A model generated the notes under the pieces. The model made no database searches and had not been told where the DNA came from. It worked only from the letters and a program-made list of their open reading frames with translations. From an uncultured Bacteroidota bacterium (GTDB lineage Bacteria; Bacteroidota; Rhodothermia; Rhodothermales; DATKEJ01): DNA of 64,000 nucleotides. The stretch lies in assembly GCA_963768715.1 (NCBI GenBank), contig CAVYJC010000010.1, forward strand, positions 85,199-149,198. The letters are read 5' to 3'. The position numbers were made by a program, and so were the translations under genes. Shown here piece by piece: positions 1-11,120 of the stretch (the first letter of the stretch is position 1; each line of letters begins with the position of its first letter).

Positions 1-630
1 ACCTCGGCCTCAGACGCGTCGGCCTCGGTATCAGAGGCCACCGTACCGATGGGCCAGGCGATTTCCGGAGGCTTCTCAGCTTCTGCGACTTCCTCCGTCT
101 CGTCGGATAATGGCATGTCATGCAGATCGTCGATGAGCATTTCCGATGACACGACCTTTACATGCGTCACCTCATCATCATGATCGGCTGATGCAGTTGA
201 TGCATCGCGGGCATTGTCCGTCGACGTTTCCTCGCCGACCGCGGCGTCAGGCGGCTTGGCCAAACGTTGCGCACGTTCTTTCTCTTCCTTTTTCGCCCAA
301 CGGGACTCATCCGGACTTTTGAGTCTCCAGGTACTCCCTTGCCAACGAACCGTCGTAGGCTCCGTCCAGGCTTTGATTGAGCGCTTTCAGTGCCGTTGCC
401 GGGTCCAACCCAATTGCATCGGCGTAGTGCTTGACAAAGGAGCGTCGGTGGATGTCAGAACTCAAGGTGGGAGTTGCCGCAAAGCCGAACTCTTCCACCT
501 GGGCAAGCACCTCCGGTCGGATGTGCACCCGGTTGAAGACGTCTTCTCGCGTAAGCCCCTTCGCCTCCCTGATCAAGCGCAGGTCGGACTCGAGCGACTT
601 ACCCGGTGTAAGGCTGCTCGATTCTGACAT
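1..630 (-). pseudogene. RodZ-like helix-turn-helix protein, broken by a +1 frameshift near 325 and running off the left edge
   Basis: ORF 307..630 has an XRE/HTH_25-like N-terminus (DLRLIREAKGLTREDV...RSFVKHYADAIGLD). After ...CTG GAG ACT the next frame stays open to position 1 as an acidic linker (LKSPDESRWAKKEEKERAQR...DTEADASEAE). This may be a sequencing error rather than a true pseudogene. Confidence 0.6.
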
Positions 631-690
631 GGTAACCTATCATTCGTTTAGCCCAAGTACCCTCGGTGTCAAGGCACGTTGCTGTTCTGC

Positions 691-1686
691 TCACAAGCTG
701 GTCTGCACCGTCAGATGGTGAATCCCCCCCAACGATGACCAGTCATTATAAGCGTAGTCAAAGCGAAATCGGTTCAAAGCAATTCCGAATCCAATCCCCA
801 CTCCCGCCAGATCCAGCCGGGAGTCTGTCTTGAGATCCTGGTGCCGCCGGTGGTTGTACCCCAGGCGCGCGCGAAGGGAGGGGCCGAGAATGAACTCTGC
901 CCCTATCGCCACGTGCTCAAGGACGTCATCGGCAAAGGAGCCGCCGCTTCCTTCAAAGTTATGGAGATTGTATCCCATAACCGTTAGATGAAGCGGCAAA
1001 TGTGATAATCGTTTACTGGCGCCAATCCTCAGATCCACCGGCAAATCGTCTTTTGTCTCCCCGAACGAGTTGAGCGTCACGCCGATATTGTGAACGGAGA
1101 GGCTCAAACCCAGTTGCTCACCGGGCATATAGTAGTAGACACCGGCGTCTGCCGCAAATGCACCAGCTCCAGCGTCATCAATTCGCGAAGTAACCCAATG
1201 CAGGCTTGCACCATAGTGGAGGCGCTCGTTGTACTCCCGCCCGAGGCCAACTGTTAGAACGGCGTCATACGCTCCGAATGTGGTCCCGTCACGAAGCCCA
1301 TTGGCATCCGCTCGCTGGAACGTGCCGTAGGTCAGGTAGCGAACACCACCCATTAGGGTTCCGAAACGCCCCGCACTGGTCGCATACGACACGAAACCAG
1401 CCTTCACGTCGGTCAAATGATTGAGATAGGACACCGACAGCATCCCCTCCATACTGCTTCCAACAAGGGCAGGATTCTGAAATGCGGTACTGACGTCGGA
1501 TGGATCGAGGGCGCCGGCCGCTCCGGCAAGAGCCGCTACGCGTCCCGACGGCTCCATCCGCAGCAACGTAAACGCGGTCACGTCGCCGGGCTGCGCCCGT
1601 ACTGCCGCCGCAGCGAGCAACAGGATCGCAAAAAAGCCTAGAAGTCGATGAACCACGAGCACCCCCAGTCCAGGTACGATGGACAA
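691..1686 (-). CDS. porQ: Type IX secretion system PorQ/PorV-family outer-membrane beta-barrel protein
   Basis: Signal peptide, LLRMEPSGRVAALAG and FQNPAL motifs, amphipathic beta-strands and a C-terminal FRFDYAY...HHLTV strand. The exact start is uncertain. Confidence 0.7.
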   Translation of the reverse strand: MSIVPGLGVLVVHRLLGFFAILLLAAAAVRAQPGDVTAFTLLRMEPSGRVAALAGAAGALDPSDVSTAFQNPALVGSSMEGMLSVSYLNHLTDVKAGFVSYATSAGRFGTLMGGVRYLTYGTFQRADANGLRDGTTFGAYDAVLTVGLGREYNERLHYGASLHWVTSRIDDAGAGAFAADAGVYYYMPGEQLGLSLSVHNIGVTLNSFGETKDDLPVDLRIGASKRLSHLPLHLTVMGYNLHNFEGSGGSFADDVLEHVAIGAEFILGPSLRARLGYNHRRHQDLKTDSRLDLAGVGIGFGIALNRFRFDYAYNDWSSLGGIHHLTVQTSL

Positions 1687-1927
1687 AACTCACGATCCAC
1701 TAAAATTCCGTACCTCTCCGTTCGTTCCGACCGATCAGACAGACAAGTGCCCCGGCGCATCCGGCCGCTGCCGGTGTCGACCCGGAATGCAAGCGATGTT
1801 CACGCCCTTTCTGGGAACGGATCGCCATAATCAGCGTGACAGAGACCGCCTGACTGAGAACGCCGTCGGCCACCATATCGAGTGCTAGAATACCAGGCTG
1901 CGGAGTCCTCCACAGCCTTTTGAAGTT

Positions 1928-4900
1928 ATGCTGAAAGCGATACAATCATTTCTCGGTGGGTCCAGAAACGAACGCGAGTTGAAGCGGATCTGGCCCATCG
2001 TCGATCAGATAAACGAAATCGCGGAGTCACTGAAAGAACTCAGCGACGACGAGCTTCGGGGAAAAACCGCATCGTTTAAGGAGACGCTGCGTGAAGCCGT
2101 GGCAGAGATCGAGTCTGAGCTGGTGGACGTCAAGGCTGAATTGCGGGGCGCGCGAGAGGAGGAAGAAGAGACCTCGGATGACCACCAGGAGTTGTCGATC
2201 GCCGAGCGGCACGACGTGTACGCCCAGCTTGACAACCTCGAAAAGGAGTGGCTTGACGTGACCGAGGCCACGCTCGACGAAATCCTTCCTGAAGCCTTCG
2301 CAGTTATCAAGGAGACCTGCCGTCGGATGGTCGGTAAAGAGTGGGAAGCGGGCGGCTCCGTCATAACGTGGGACATGGTGCCCTACGACGTCCAACTCCT
2401 GGGCAGCGTTGTCTTGCACAAGGGGCGTATCGCCGAAATGAAGACCGGGGAAGGCAAGACGCTCGTCGCCGTTGCCTCGATATACCTGAATGCCCTGGTC
2501 GGTCGCGGTGTCCACGTCGTCACCGTCAACCCGTACCTCGCCAAGAGGGACGCCGAATGGATGGGCCCGATCTACGAGTTCCACGGTCTCAAGGTGGACT
2601 GTGTCGACGCCTACGAGCCGCATTCGACGGCAAGGCGAAACGCTTACCTCGCAGACGTGACCTACGGGACCAACAACGAGTTTGGGTTCGATTATTTGCG
2701 TGACAACTCCTTCGTCAGCGACCCGGAGCAGCTCGTTCAGCGACCCCATCATTTTGCCATCGTCGACGAGGTGGACTCGGTTCTGATCGACGAGGCGCGG
2801 ACGCCACTGATCATTTCGGGTCCCGTCCCTCAAGCCGATTCGGGCCCATACGAAGAGCTTAAGCCCTTCGTCGAGAAGCTCGTTTTCGCGCAGCAGAAGC
2901 TCGTTGCGCAGTACGTCAGCCAGGCGGAGAAACTGCTCAATGAAAAGGCCGAGGGCGGAGACACGCTGGATAGAAAGCGACTGTCGGAGCTCGACGAGGA
3001 GGCGGGTCTCGCTCTGCTTCGTGCACAGCGAGGATACCCCAGGAACAAGAAGCTCATTAAGCTGAAGTCCGAAACAGGCGTCGAGCAGCTGCTGCGAAAG
3101 ACGGAGTATTACTACCTGCAGGACAACGCACGCAATATGCCGTTCGTGGACGAAGAGCTCCACTTCGCCCTCGATGAAAAGCAGCACTCCATCGAGATGA
3201 CCGAGAAGGGTCGCGCGTTTATCGCGAACTCCACCGGGAAGGACCCCGACTTCTTCATCATTCCGGATCTCGGCGAAGAGATCGCCAAATTCGAAGACGA
3301 GCTCGAAACTCGCATCGTTGAGCTACAAAAAGATCTCGACGCACAGGAAGGCCTTACCGACGAGAAGCGACAGAACAAATTCGACAACGATCGAAGGGTC
3401 CTTCGCAACGAGATGGACGATCGCAGACGCGCCTTGTATTCGCTTTATTCCGAGCGATCGGAGCGGATCCATTCCGTCAACCAGCTCCTGCGCGCCTACA
3501 CCCTGTTCGAAAAGGACGTCGAATACATCGTTCAGGAAGGTAAGGTGATGATCGTCGACGTCCACACCGGACGCGTCCTTTCCGGCAGGCGCTATTCCGA
3601 TGGCCTGCACGAGGCGATCGAGGCAAAGGAAGACGTCAAGGTCGAAACGGCAACGCAGACCTATGCCACGATCACGCTCCAGAATTACTTCCGGCTGTAT
3701 TCGAAGCTCGCCGGAATGACCGGTACGGCTGAGACAGAAGCCTCCGAGTTCTACGAAATCTATAAGCTCGACGTCAACGTCATTCCAACCAATGAGCCGA
3801 TTGCCAGAGACGATCTCGAAGATCTAGTCTTCCGCTCCAAGCGCGAGAAGTACAACGCGGCGATCGACAAGATTCGCGAATACCACGAAAAAGGTCAGCC
3901 CGTACTCGTCGGAACGACCTCGGTAGAAGTGTCCGAGACCCTGAGCCGCATGCTTAAGCGCAGCGGCATCCAGCACAACGTGCTCAACGCGAAACGCGAT
4001 CGGGCCAAATCGGAGGCACTCATCGTCGCCGAAGCGGGACGAAAGAGCGCCGTCACGATTGCGACCAACATGGCCGGGCGTGGAACCGACATCAAGCTGG
4101 GCCCGGGCGTCACCGATTTGGGCGGACTTGCCATTCTGGGCACGGAACGTCACGAAAGCAGGCGAATCGACCTCCAGCTCAGGGGGAGATCGGGTCGGCA
4201 GGGAGATCCGGGCGAGTCGCAATTTTACGTCTCTCTAGAAGATGACCTCATGCGTCTGTTCGGTTCCGACCGAACGGCGCGCATTATGGACCGAATGGGG
4301 CTCCAGGAAGGCGAGGTCATTACCCATCGGATGGTCACGAAGAGCATCGAGCGGGCACAGGCCAAAGTCGAGCAGAACAACTTTGCCATTAGAAAGCGCC
4401 AACTCGAATACGACGACGTCCTCAACGCCCAGCGGGAAGTCATCTACAGCCGCCGCATGCACGCATTGAAGGGAGATCGCCTTCATGCCGACATTCTCGA
4501 CATGCTTCAAGACGTCGTGGCTGGAATTGTCGAGAAATACTATGGCGCAGGCGATATCGACGGTTTGCGTGATGAGCTCTTGCGGATTCTCGCATTCGAT
4601 TTCGCCATCGATCGTGAGACCTTCGTGCAGCTAGGCGAGGACGGCGTGATCGACCGCGTTTACGAGGCCGTCACCGACTTCTACCGTGCCAAGCGCCGCG
4701 CCCTCGCGCGCCCCTTTTACACTGGGGTCAAGCAAATCATGGAGAGTGACCTGGAAACCAAGCCGGAGAAGCTCCACGTTCAGTTTACAGACGGACGCAA
4801 ACTTCTACGTGCCGTGTGCGACGTGCAGGCAGCGCTCGAAACGGACGGACATGAAGTGAACGACGCGCTCGAGCGCGTTGCCGTCATGGCCACCATCGAC

Positions 4901-5353
4901 GAAAAGTGGACTGATCACTTGCGGGAGCTCGACGAGCTGAAGTCAGGAATCGGTCTGCGAGCATTCGGCCAAAAGGATCCTCTGCTCGAGTACAAGATGG
5001 AGGCGTTCAAGCTTTTCCAGCAGATGATCGAAGACCTGAATCAGGATTCGATCTCGCTCGTGATGCGGGCTGGGCCGCTCGCACACGACGACCGGTCCTC
5101 TCGCGACCGTCCGCCGGCAGCAGCTCGAGCGCAGCGTCCGGCATCCCGACTGGATCAGCGACGAGCAACGGAGTCACACGAGACATCCCAGGGATACGGC
5201 GTAAAGATGGGCAACGTGACCTCTGAAGGCGGTGGCCGCCGCGACCCCACGACGAAGGCACAGCCGGTCGTGACGGCGGAGCGCGTTGGAAGAAACGACC
5301 CGTGCCCTTGTGGATCAGGAAAGAAATACAAACATTGCCACGGTCGCGCCTAA
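1928..5353 (+). CDS. secA: Preprotein translocase subunit SecA
   Basis: EMKTGEGKT Walker A, IVDEVDSVLIDEARTPLIISG, ATNMAGRGTDI and C-terminal SEC-C CPCGSGKKYKHCH. At 1141 aa it carries FCB-type insertions. Confidence 0.99.
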   Translation: MLKAIQSFLGGSRNERELKRIWPIVDQINEIAESLKELSDDELRGKTASFKETLREAVAEIESELVDVKAELRGAREEEEETSDDHQELSIAERHDVYAQLDNLEKEWLDVTEATLDEILPEAFAVIKETCRRMVGKEWEAGGSVITWDMVPYDVQLLGSVVLHKGRIAEMKTGEGKTLVAVASIYLNALVGRGVHVVTVNPYLAKRDAEWMGPIYEFHGLKVDCVDAYEPHSTARRNAYLADVTYGTNNEFGFDYLRDNSFVSDPEQLVQRPHHFAIVDEVDSVLIDEARTPLIISGPVPQADSGPYEELKPFVEKLVFAQQKLVAQYVSQAEKLLNEKAEGGDTLDRKRLSELDEEAGLALLRAQRGYPRNKKLIKLKSETGVEQLLRKTEYYYLQDNARNMPFVDEELHFALDEKQHSIEMTEKGRAFIANSTGKDPDFFIIPDLGEEIAKFEDELETRIVELQKDLDAQEGLTDEKRQNKFDNDRRVLRNEMDDRRRALYSLYSERSERIHSVNQLLRAYTLFEKDVEYIVQEGKVMIVDVHTGRVLSGRRYSDGLHEAIEAKEDVKVETATQTYATITLQNYFRLYSKLAGMTGTAETEASEFYEIYKLDVNVIPTNEPIARDDLEDLVFRSKREKYNAAIDKIREYHEKGQPVLVGTTSVEVSETLSRMLKRSGIQHNVLNAKRDRAKSEALIVAEAGRKSAVTIATNMAGRGTDIKLGPGVTDLGGLAILGTERHESRRIDLQLRGRSGRQGDPGESQFYVSLEDDLMRLFGSDRTARIMDRMGLQEGEVITHRMVTKSIERAQAKVEQNNFAIRKRQLEYDDVLNAQREVIYSRRMHALKGDRLHADILDMLQDVVAGIVEKYYGAGDIDGLRDELLRILAFDFAIDRETFVQLGEDGVIDRVYEAVTDFYRAKRRALARPFYTGVKQIMESDLETKPEKLHVQFTDGRKLLRAVCDVQAALETDGHEVNDALERVAVMATIDEKWTDHLRELDELKSGIGLRAFGQKDPLLEYKMEAFKLFQQMIEDLNQDSISLVMRAGPLAHDDRSSRDRPPAAARAQRPASRLDQRRATESHETSQGYGVKMGNVTSEGGGRRDPTTKAQPVVTAERVGRNDPCPCGSGKKYKHCHGRA

Positions 5354-5396
5354 CCGTTCACGCATTTCTCCCGGTCCATCGGGGTGAGCAGCCGAA

Positions 5397-7106
5397 ATGC
5401 TTCGCTCCCTGTATATCAAGAATTTCGCCCTGATCGACGAATTGGAGGTCCAGTTCGACGAGGGGCTAAACATCCTCACCGGCGAAACCGGTGCGGGAAA
5501 ATCGATCCTTATCGGAGCCCTTCAACTTATCCTCGGGGCACGCGCTTCCACAGACTCCGTTCGTACCGGCTCGCAGAAGGCGACCGTCGAGGTCATCTTC
5601 GAAGTACCGCCTGAAGGCGACGTCAACCTGCTCTTGAAGGAAAATGGACTCGAGACCACCCCCCGCATGATCGTGCGGCGAGAAGTCACGCTGGATGCGA
5701 GCCGGGCCTTTGTGAACGACTCGCCGGTCACGCTCCAGTTCGTTCGTGAGGTGACATCAGGCCTGGTCGACCTCCATGGTCAGCACGATCATCAATCTCT
5801 CTTGAGAGAGGAGACTCATCTGGAACTGCTCGACAGCCTCGCACGGACCGAGGAAGAGCTCGAGACTTACCGCACGGCATATCAGAATGTCGTCGATCTG
5901 CGAGCCCGCATTGCGGAATTGAGCGCACGCAGAAATGAGCTCGAGCGCAGTCGGGAACTCGCGAGCTTCCAAATCGAAGAAATCGACCGGGTGAGTCCGC
6001 AGCCGGGCGAAGAAGAACGGCTCGAGAACGAGCTGAGCATTCTCGACAATGCGGAGCAGCTTATCAGTGGAGCCACCGAGGCAGAGCAGACTCTCTACAC
6101 CGACGACCCTGCGATTTACGATCGTCTTGCCGCCGTGATCAGACGTCTCGAGCAGCTTTCGCAGATCGAACCCCGTTTCGAACCTAATCTTCGAGATCTA
6201 CAGAGTGCTTTGACCGGGATCGATGAGGTGGCCTCCTTCATGCGTGATTATGCAGCGAGTCTGGAGTTCGATCCGGAGCGAATCGAAGAAGTGCGAGACC
6301 GCCTCGGCTCGTTCGAATTCTTAAAGAGGAAGTACGGCGGCACCATTGATGCCGTACTGGAGCACCGAGCACGTATCGGCGAGGACTTCCGACTCGGATC
6401 ATCGCTCGACGAAACCCTGGACGAGCTGCGCAGGCAGCAGCGTGATGCGTACGCAAAACTCGGCCGCGCCGGTCTGGATCTCTCGGCCAAGAGAAAGTCC
6501 GCCGGACCATCCGTCGAGAAAGACGTCGTGCGCGAACTCGAAGGCCTGGGTATGCCTGATGCCGTCTTCGAGGTTCGGATCGAGCAACAGCGCGATCCGG
6601 AGGGATGGGCAATGACTCCCGGCGGTGAGCGCTTCGAGGCACGCACAGATGGCATCGACGCCTGCTCGTTTCACATAAGCACCAACCGAGGCGAACCGCC
6701 AAAACCGCTTGTGCGCGTGGCTTCGGGTGGAGAGGTCTCCCGAATCATGCTCGCCCTGAAAAAGGTGCTGGCCCGTGGGGATCGAGTACCCACGTTGATC
6801 TTCGACGAAATCGATACCGGTATTTCCGGCGCCGTGGCACAGAAGGTGGGATACGCCATGCGGCAGCTCGCCTCCCAACACCAGATCATCGCCATCACGC
6901 ACCTCCCTCAGATCGCAGCCATGGCGCGCACCCACTATCGCGTCAGGAAGAACGATCAGGGCGGCAGGAACGTTACAACTATCGATCGGCTCTCAGATGT
7001 GGACCGTACCCGCGAGATAGCGGGACTGCTCTCGGGAGCCGAAATCTCGCCTGCCGCCATGAAGAGTGCGCAAGAGTTAATTTCCCTTGCCGAACAAACG
7101 GGCTAG
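5397..7106 (+). CDS. recN: DNA repair protein RecN
   Basis: TGETGAGKS Walker A, coiled-coil middle, ASGGEVSR signature, LIFDEID Walker B and ITHLPQIAA. Confidence 0.98.
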   Translation: MLRSLYIKNFALIDELEVQFDEGLNILTGETGAGKSILIGALQLILGARASTDSVRTGSQKATVEVIFEVPPEGDVNLLLKENGLETTPRMIVRREVTLDASRAFVNDSPVTLQFVREVTSGLVDLHGQHDHQSLLREETHLELLDSLARTEEELETYRTAYQNVVDLRARIAELSARRNELERSRELASFQIEEIDRVSPQPGEEERLENELSILDNAEQLISGATEAEQTLYTDDPAIYDRLAAVIRRLEQLSQIEPRFEPNLRDLQSALTGIDEVASFMRDYAASLEFDPERIEEVRDRLGSFEFLKRKYGGTIDAVLEHRARIGEDFRLGSSLDETLDELRRQQRDAYAKLGRAGLDLSAKRKSAGPSVEKDVVRELEGLGMPDAVFEVRIEQQRDPEGWAMTPGGERFEARTDGIDACSFHISTNRGEPPKPLVRVASGGEVSRIMLALKKVLARGDRVPTLIFDEIDTGISGAVAQKVGYAMRQLASQHQIIAITHLPQIAAMARTHYRVRKNDQGGRNVTTIDRLSDVDRTREIAGLLSGAEISPAAMKSAQELISLAEQTG

Positions 7107-7194
7107 AGGACTCCGAACGCATCTCCGCGCGGAACGCCTCGATCACAGGCCCACAGTTGATGCATTGACCACTAGAAACACATAATCCTTTGAA

Positions 7195-8616
7195 ATGACT
7201 GAAGTAACCGACATAAAATTTGGGACCGACGGATGGCGTGCAATCATCGGCGACACCTATACGTTCGCCAATGTCGAGCGCGTCGCGGCCGCCACGGCCG
7301 TCTGGCTTGGGCGAAACGGGCAGAATGAACCGAAGGTCGTCGTCGGCTACGACACTCGATTCGAAGGAGGCGCCTTCGCTCTCACGGCGGCTCGTGTACT
7401 GGCGAGCATGGGCGTCCACGTCTATCTGTCCGATGCCTTCACCACGACCCCGGCCGTGAGCTGGGCGACGAATGCGCTCGGCTGTGATGCCGGTATCGTT
7501 GTGACAGCCAGTCACAATCCGCCGGCATACAGCGGTTACAAGTTGAAAGCGTCCTTCGGAGGTCCTGCCACACCCGATCAGATCGCGGCCGTCGAGAAAG
7601 AGATCAGGCCGGATCGACCGACCGGCGTGGAGTCGGCGGAATCGCTCCTCGCGGCGGGACGCATAGAGAAGATCGACCTGAACAGTCGCTATCTCGGCGC
7701 CATCGCAAAGCTCATTGATATTGACGCCATTCGTTCGTCGGGGCTGCGCATTGCCTACGACGCAATGTTTGGTTCGGGACAGGGAATGATCACCCAACTG
7801 TTGTCCAGCGATCAAGTCGCAACGCTGCATCATGACCACAATCCAGGATTTCATGGACAGGCGCCCGAGCCGATCGAGCGGAATCTCGAGGAATTGTCCC
7901 GCTACGTAAAGGAGAATGGATGTGACATTGGTCTTGCCACCGACGGGGACGCCGATCGCATCGGCCTGTACGACGAACATGGCACATTCGTCGACGCCCA
8001 TCGGATCATGGCCCTGCTATTCAAGTTTCTCGTCGAAGAGCGAAAACTCCGCGGCTCCGTGGTCAAATCGTTCGCGGCAACCGATCTGCTCGACAAAATG
8101 GGAGCTGCCTACGGCCTGAATGTGGAGACCACAAAGATCGGTTTCAAGTACATCGCCTCCCGCATGGTCGAGGGTAACGTCCTTGTAGGCGGGGAGGAGT
8201 CAGGTGGAATTGCGGTAACCGGACATATCCCGGAGCGGGATGGCATCTATGCGGGTCTACTCATGGTCGAAATGATCGTCAAGACCGGCAAGTCGCTTTC
8301 TACGCATGTTGACGAAATCATGGATACGTTCGGCCAGCATCACGCCTACCGGCGCGACCTGCGACTGTCACAGGAGGTCAAAGACCGATTTATGCTGCGC
8401 CTGGAAAATGAGGGTCTTGACCGCGTGGCCGGGCAGGAAATCACATCGGTCGACGACCTCGACGGGCTGAAATTCAGAACCGAAGCCGGAGGATGGGTGA
8501 TGATTCGCCCTTCCGGCACGGAGCCGGTTCTCCGCGTCTACTCCGAGGCTGACTCAATGGAAGGGGCGGAGGCGCTCGTCAACGACGTGGCGGCTATGGT
8601 CGGCGCAGGGAGCTAG
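7195..8616 (+). CDS. Phosphoglucomutase/phosphomannomutase family protein
   Basis: FGTDGWR, TASHNP phosphoserine loop, DGDADR metal loop, GEESGG and RPSGTEP. Confidence 0.96.
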   Translation: MTEVTDIKFGTDGWRAIIGDTYTFANVERVAAATAVWLGRNGQNEPKVVVGYDTRFEGGAFALTAARVLASMGVHVYLSDAFTTTPAVSWATNALGCDAGIVVTASHNPPAYSGYKLKASFGGPATPDQIAAVEKEIRPDRPTGVESAESLLAAGRIEKIDLNSRYLGAIAKLIDIDAIRSSGLRIAYDAMFGSGQGMITQLLSSDQVATLHHDHNPGFHGQAPEPIERNLEELSRYVKENGCDIGLATDGDADRIGLYDEHGTFVDAHRIMALLFKFLVEERKLRGSVVKSFAATDLLDKMGAAYGLNVETTKIGFKYIASRMVEGNVLVGGEESGGIAVTGHIPERDGIYAGLLMVEMIVKTGKSLSTHVDEIMDTFGQHHAYRRDLRLSQEVKDRFMLRLENEGLDRVAGQEITSVDDLDGLKFRTEAGGWVMIRPSGTEPVLRVYSEADSMEGAEALVNDVAAMVGAGS

Positions 8617-8631
8617 GAAAAACTGTCGCGC

Positions 8632-10939
8632 TCAAGTTCGAACGAGGTACTGGACCTTGAAGAAGAATTGACGATCCGTCTTCGCGAACCCGCGCCCGTC
8701 ATGTGCAAAATCGGTGTAGTCGTGGGTTGACCCGAGATAGAAGGCCGTGAACGGATTGATCTGGTACGTCACAAGAGGATCGATCTCCAGCCGATCGTCG
8801 AACTCGTTGTACTGCGTTACGAGTCTGAAGAGCAGGCGTCTTGTGAACTGGTAGTTGAACCGGGTTCTGAGAATGTACCCGTTGAATATGGTTTCACGTG
8901 TGTCCTGATTCACGAGACGGGCGAAACTCAGCTGCGGCTCGGCTTTGAATCGGTCGGTCGGCTTGATCTCGCCCCATACCGACACGTCGAGACCGTTACC
9001 CAGCACAGGCACGTCCTCTCCCCTGGCTATCGACTCACCGACAACGACCTCCGACCCCAATTTCAAAGGCTCGCTGAATCTCGAATCGATCCAAACGTCC
9101 AGCCGCTGGATCCCTCGAAAATCCCCACCCTTGAATCGCTCATTGCTGACCAGACGAGTATGTTGAGGCCGGCGTTGGTCTGCATCTTGAAGCTTCCGTC
9201 GAAACCCACCCACAGGAATTCGTCCTTGCGCACACGATCGAAATTCCAGAGATAGCCACTCTGCACCCAGGGCGTGATCATGTCAACAAGGTTCCAGATG
9301 GGGGCGGAAGTCGAAGCTGTGTGAATGCCACCAGCTCCTGCGTGCTGTTTTGAAAAACGAAGCCGGCATCAGCCCGAAACGCCGGGCTCGTTGCGCGATA
9401 ATCGAGATCGAAATTCCAGAATCTCGAGTCCCGTTCCAGACTGACGTACGTCGCGTATCCGGAAAATGACTCACCGTCGAAGGCCGCTGTGTGCTTGCCG
9501 CCGTCGAACGTGAGGTTCTGGATATCTTCGGCCTCCTCGGTTATGGTGGTGTCATTCGGCTCGTCCGTGTGGCTCGCCACGAACTGCCACTCCAAATGGT
9601 AGTTCTTCAGAAATCGAAGTGAGCCGTCGACGCCGGCCGTCGTGCCCGATCCTCCACTGTCGTAACGACGATCGGTTACCAAACCACCTAAGAACGATCC
9701 ATCGCCAAAGGTTCGTTTGTAGCGGCCGATGTTCGAGTAACTCCTGCCCGCATCGACGATCTCGCTCTGTTCTTCGAACGGAAGAATCACCGGTGTATCG
9801 GCATCGGAAGCGCCGAGATAAGCAAGGTTGGTCTTGTTGAACCTGCCGGTCAGCTTTGCCGCAACGGTGGGATTGTTGATCGTGCGCGTATACACCGTCT
9901 GGACATACGTGTTGTAGAGCTCGGCTCCCTCCTGGAAGAACGGACGCCTTTCAGGGAAGAACAGGGCGAAGGTCGTGTTGATGTCGACTTGAGCGGCATC
10001 GGCTTCGACCTGGCTGAAATCCGGATTAACGGTGGCGTCACCGATCAGATTGGAGTTGAATGCGTATTTCAAACCCAGAGATGGCTCGAGCTTCACCCGC
10101 TCGTTGTCGAATCTGCTCGACGGATCGTCCTCGTCGACGAGGGCACCCGCCTGCGCAGCCACAAGCGAGGGCAGCAGTTCAACCCCTTTTCGTTGATAAA
10201 TGCCTTCGATTCCCTTTGCCCGGCCAAACTGACACTGCCAGCAGGGGTCGTCGCGGTCGATTGCCGCCCACGAGTAAGTTCGCCGGCTGTCGCGCGGATG
10301 GGTGATCCAGAAATTTACGCTCCAAGTCTGGACATCCTTCGCCGGAAATCGCAGGCTCCGAAAAGGAATGATCATTTCGACAGAATATCCGTCATCGTTC
10401 AAATGGCCCTCCGATTGAAAGACGACGTCGAAACCTATGTCCTCGTCGCCACCGTTCACGATCCGGGTATCACCCTGAATGCCGATGGGGTTGGCGGCGA
10501 TGAAGTAGCTCCAGGCATTCTCTGCGTATGGATCCAGCAGCAGACCCACATAATCGTCCTGCCAGATGTTGTCTCGATCGCACAGCGAGCTCCGGATGGC
10601 CGCCGGATCGTCCTTGATCAGAAAGGCGACATAGAGGTTATGCTCATCGTAAGCCATGCGTGCCTCAATGCCGATCGGTGGCTTCGTCTGATCCCCCGGG
10701 AACGTTTCCGAAAAATTTGCCGCCGTGGCCGCCTGCTGCCAGAGCGCGTCATCGACGATTCCGTCGAGTTTGATTCCGCCGTCGATGCGAGGTACGACGA
10801 GCCTCGGACGAACGTTGGGTTCGAAGGCATGCTCGATGGGCCGTCCCGCCTGTTCCCTTGTCGCCGCGGTCAACTGAGGCTGGCCGTATGCCACGGTTCC
10901 GATCAGCAGCATCAACTGCGCCAGCAGACTTTTCTTCAT
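8632..10939 (-). pseudogene. CBM9-like/DUF5916-type secreted or outer-membrane protein, frameshifted at about 9160-9320
   Basis: Signal peptide MKKSLLAQ..., IKLDGIVDDALW CBM9-like domain, NPDFSQVEAD and FFPERRPFF motifs. The C-terminal barrel ending FFFKVQYLVRT lies in ORF 8632..9213. The intervening sequence reads through frames 9283..9474 and 9063..9281. Confidence 0.8.
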
Positions 10940-11120
10940 TAGAACCATCGATCCGATTGATTGGCACACGGTGGGGGCGCCCGAGACGGATCGTGCTTGT
11001 TGTCACACCTCCGTTTTTGAAGCCACGCGGATTGTGTTAGCTTCCGAACAGTGGTGTCCCAAACAACCGATTCATTTGAGCGATACGTCATGCATACCTT
11101 CGTGTTGCGAATTTTTTAGC

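Noticed and set aside
307-309. In-frame TGA as selenocysteine or readthrough
   Set aside because: The coding continuation is in a different frame, so a frameshift explains it; no SECIS-like stem was recognised.
1679-1888. 69-aa ORF upstream of secA as a SecM-like arrest peptide
   Set aside because: No signal or TM segment and no recognisable arrest motif; it overlaps the divergent promoter region.
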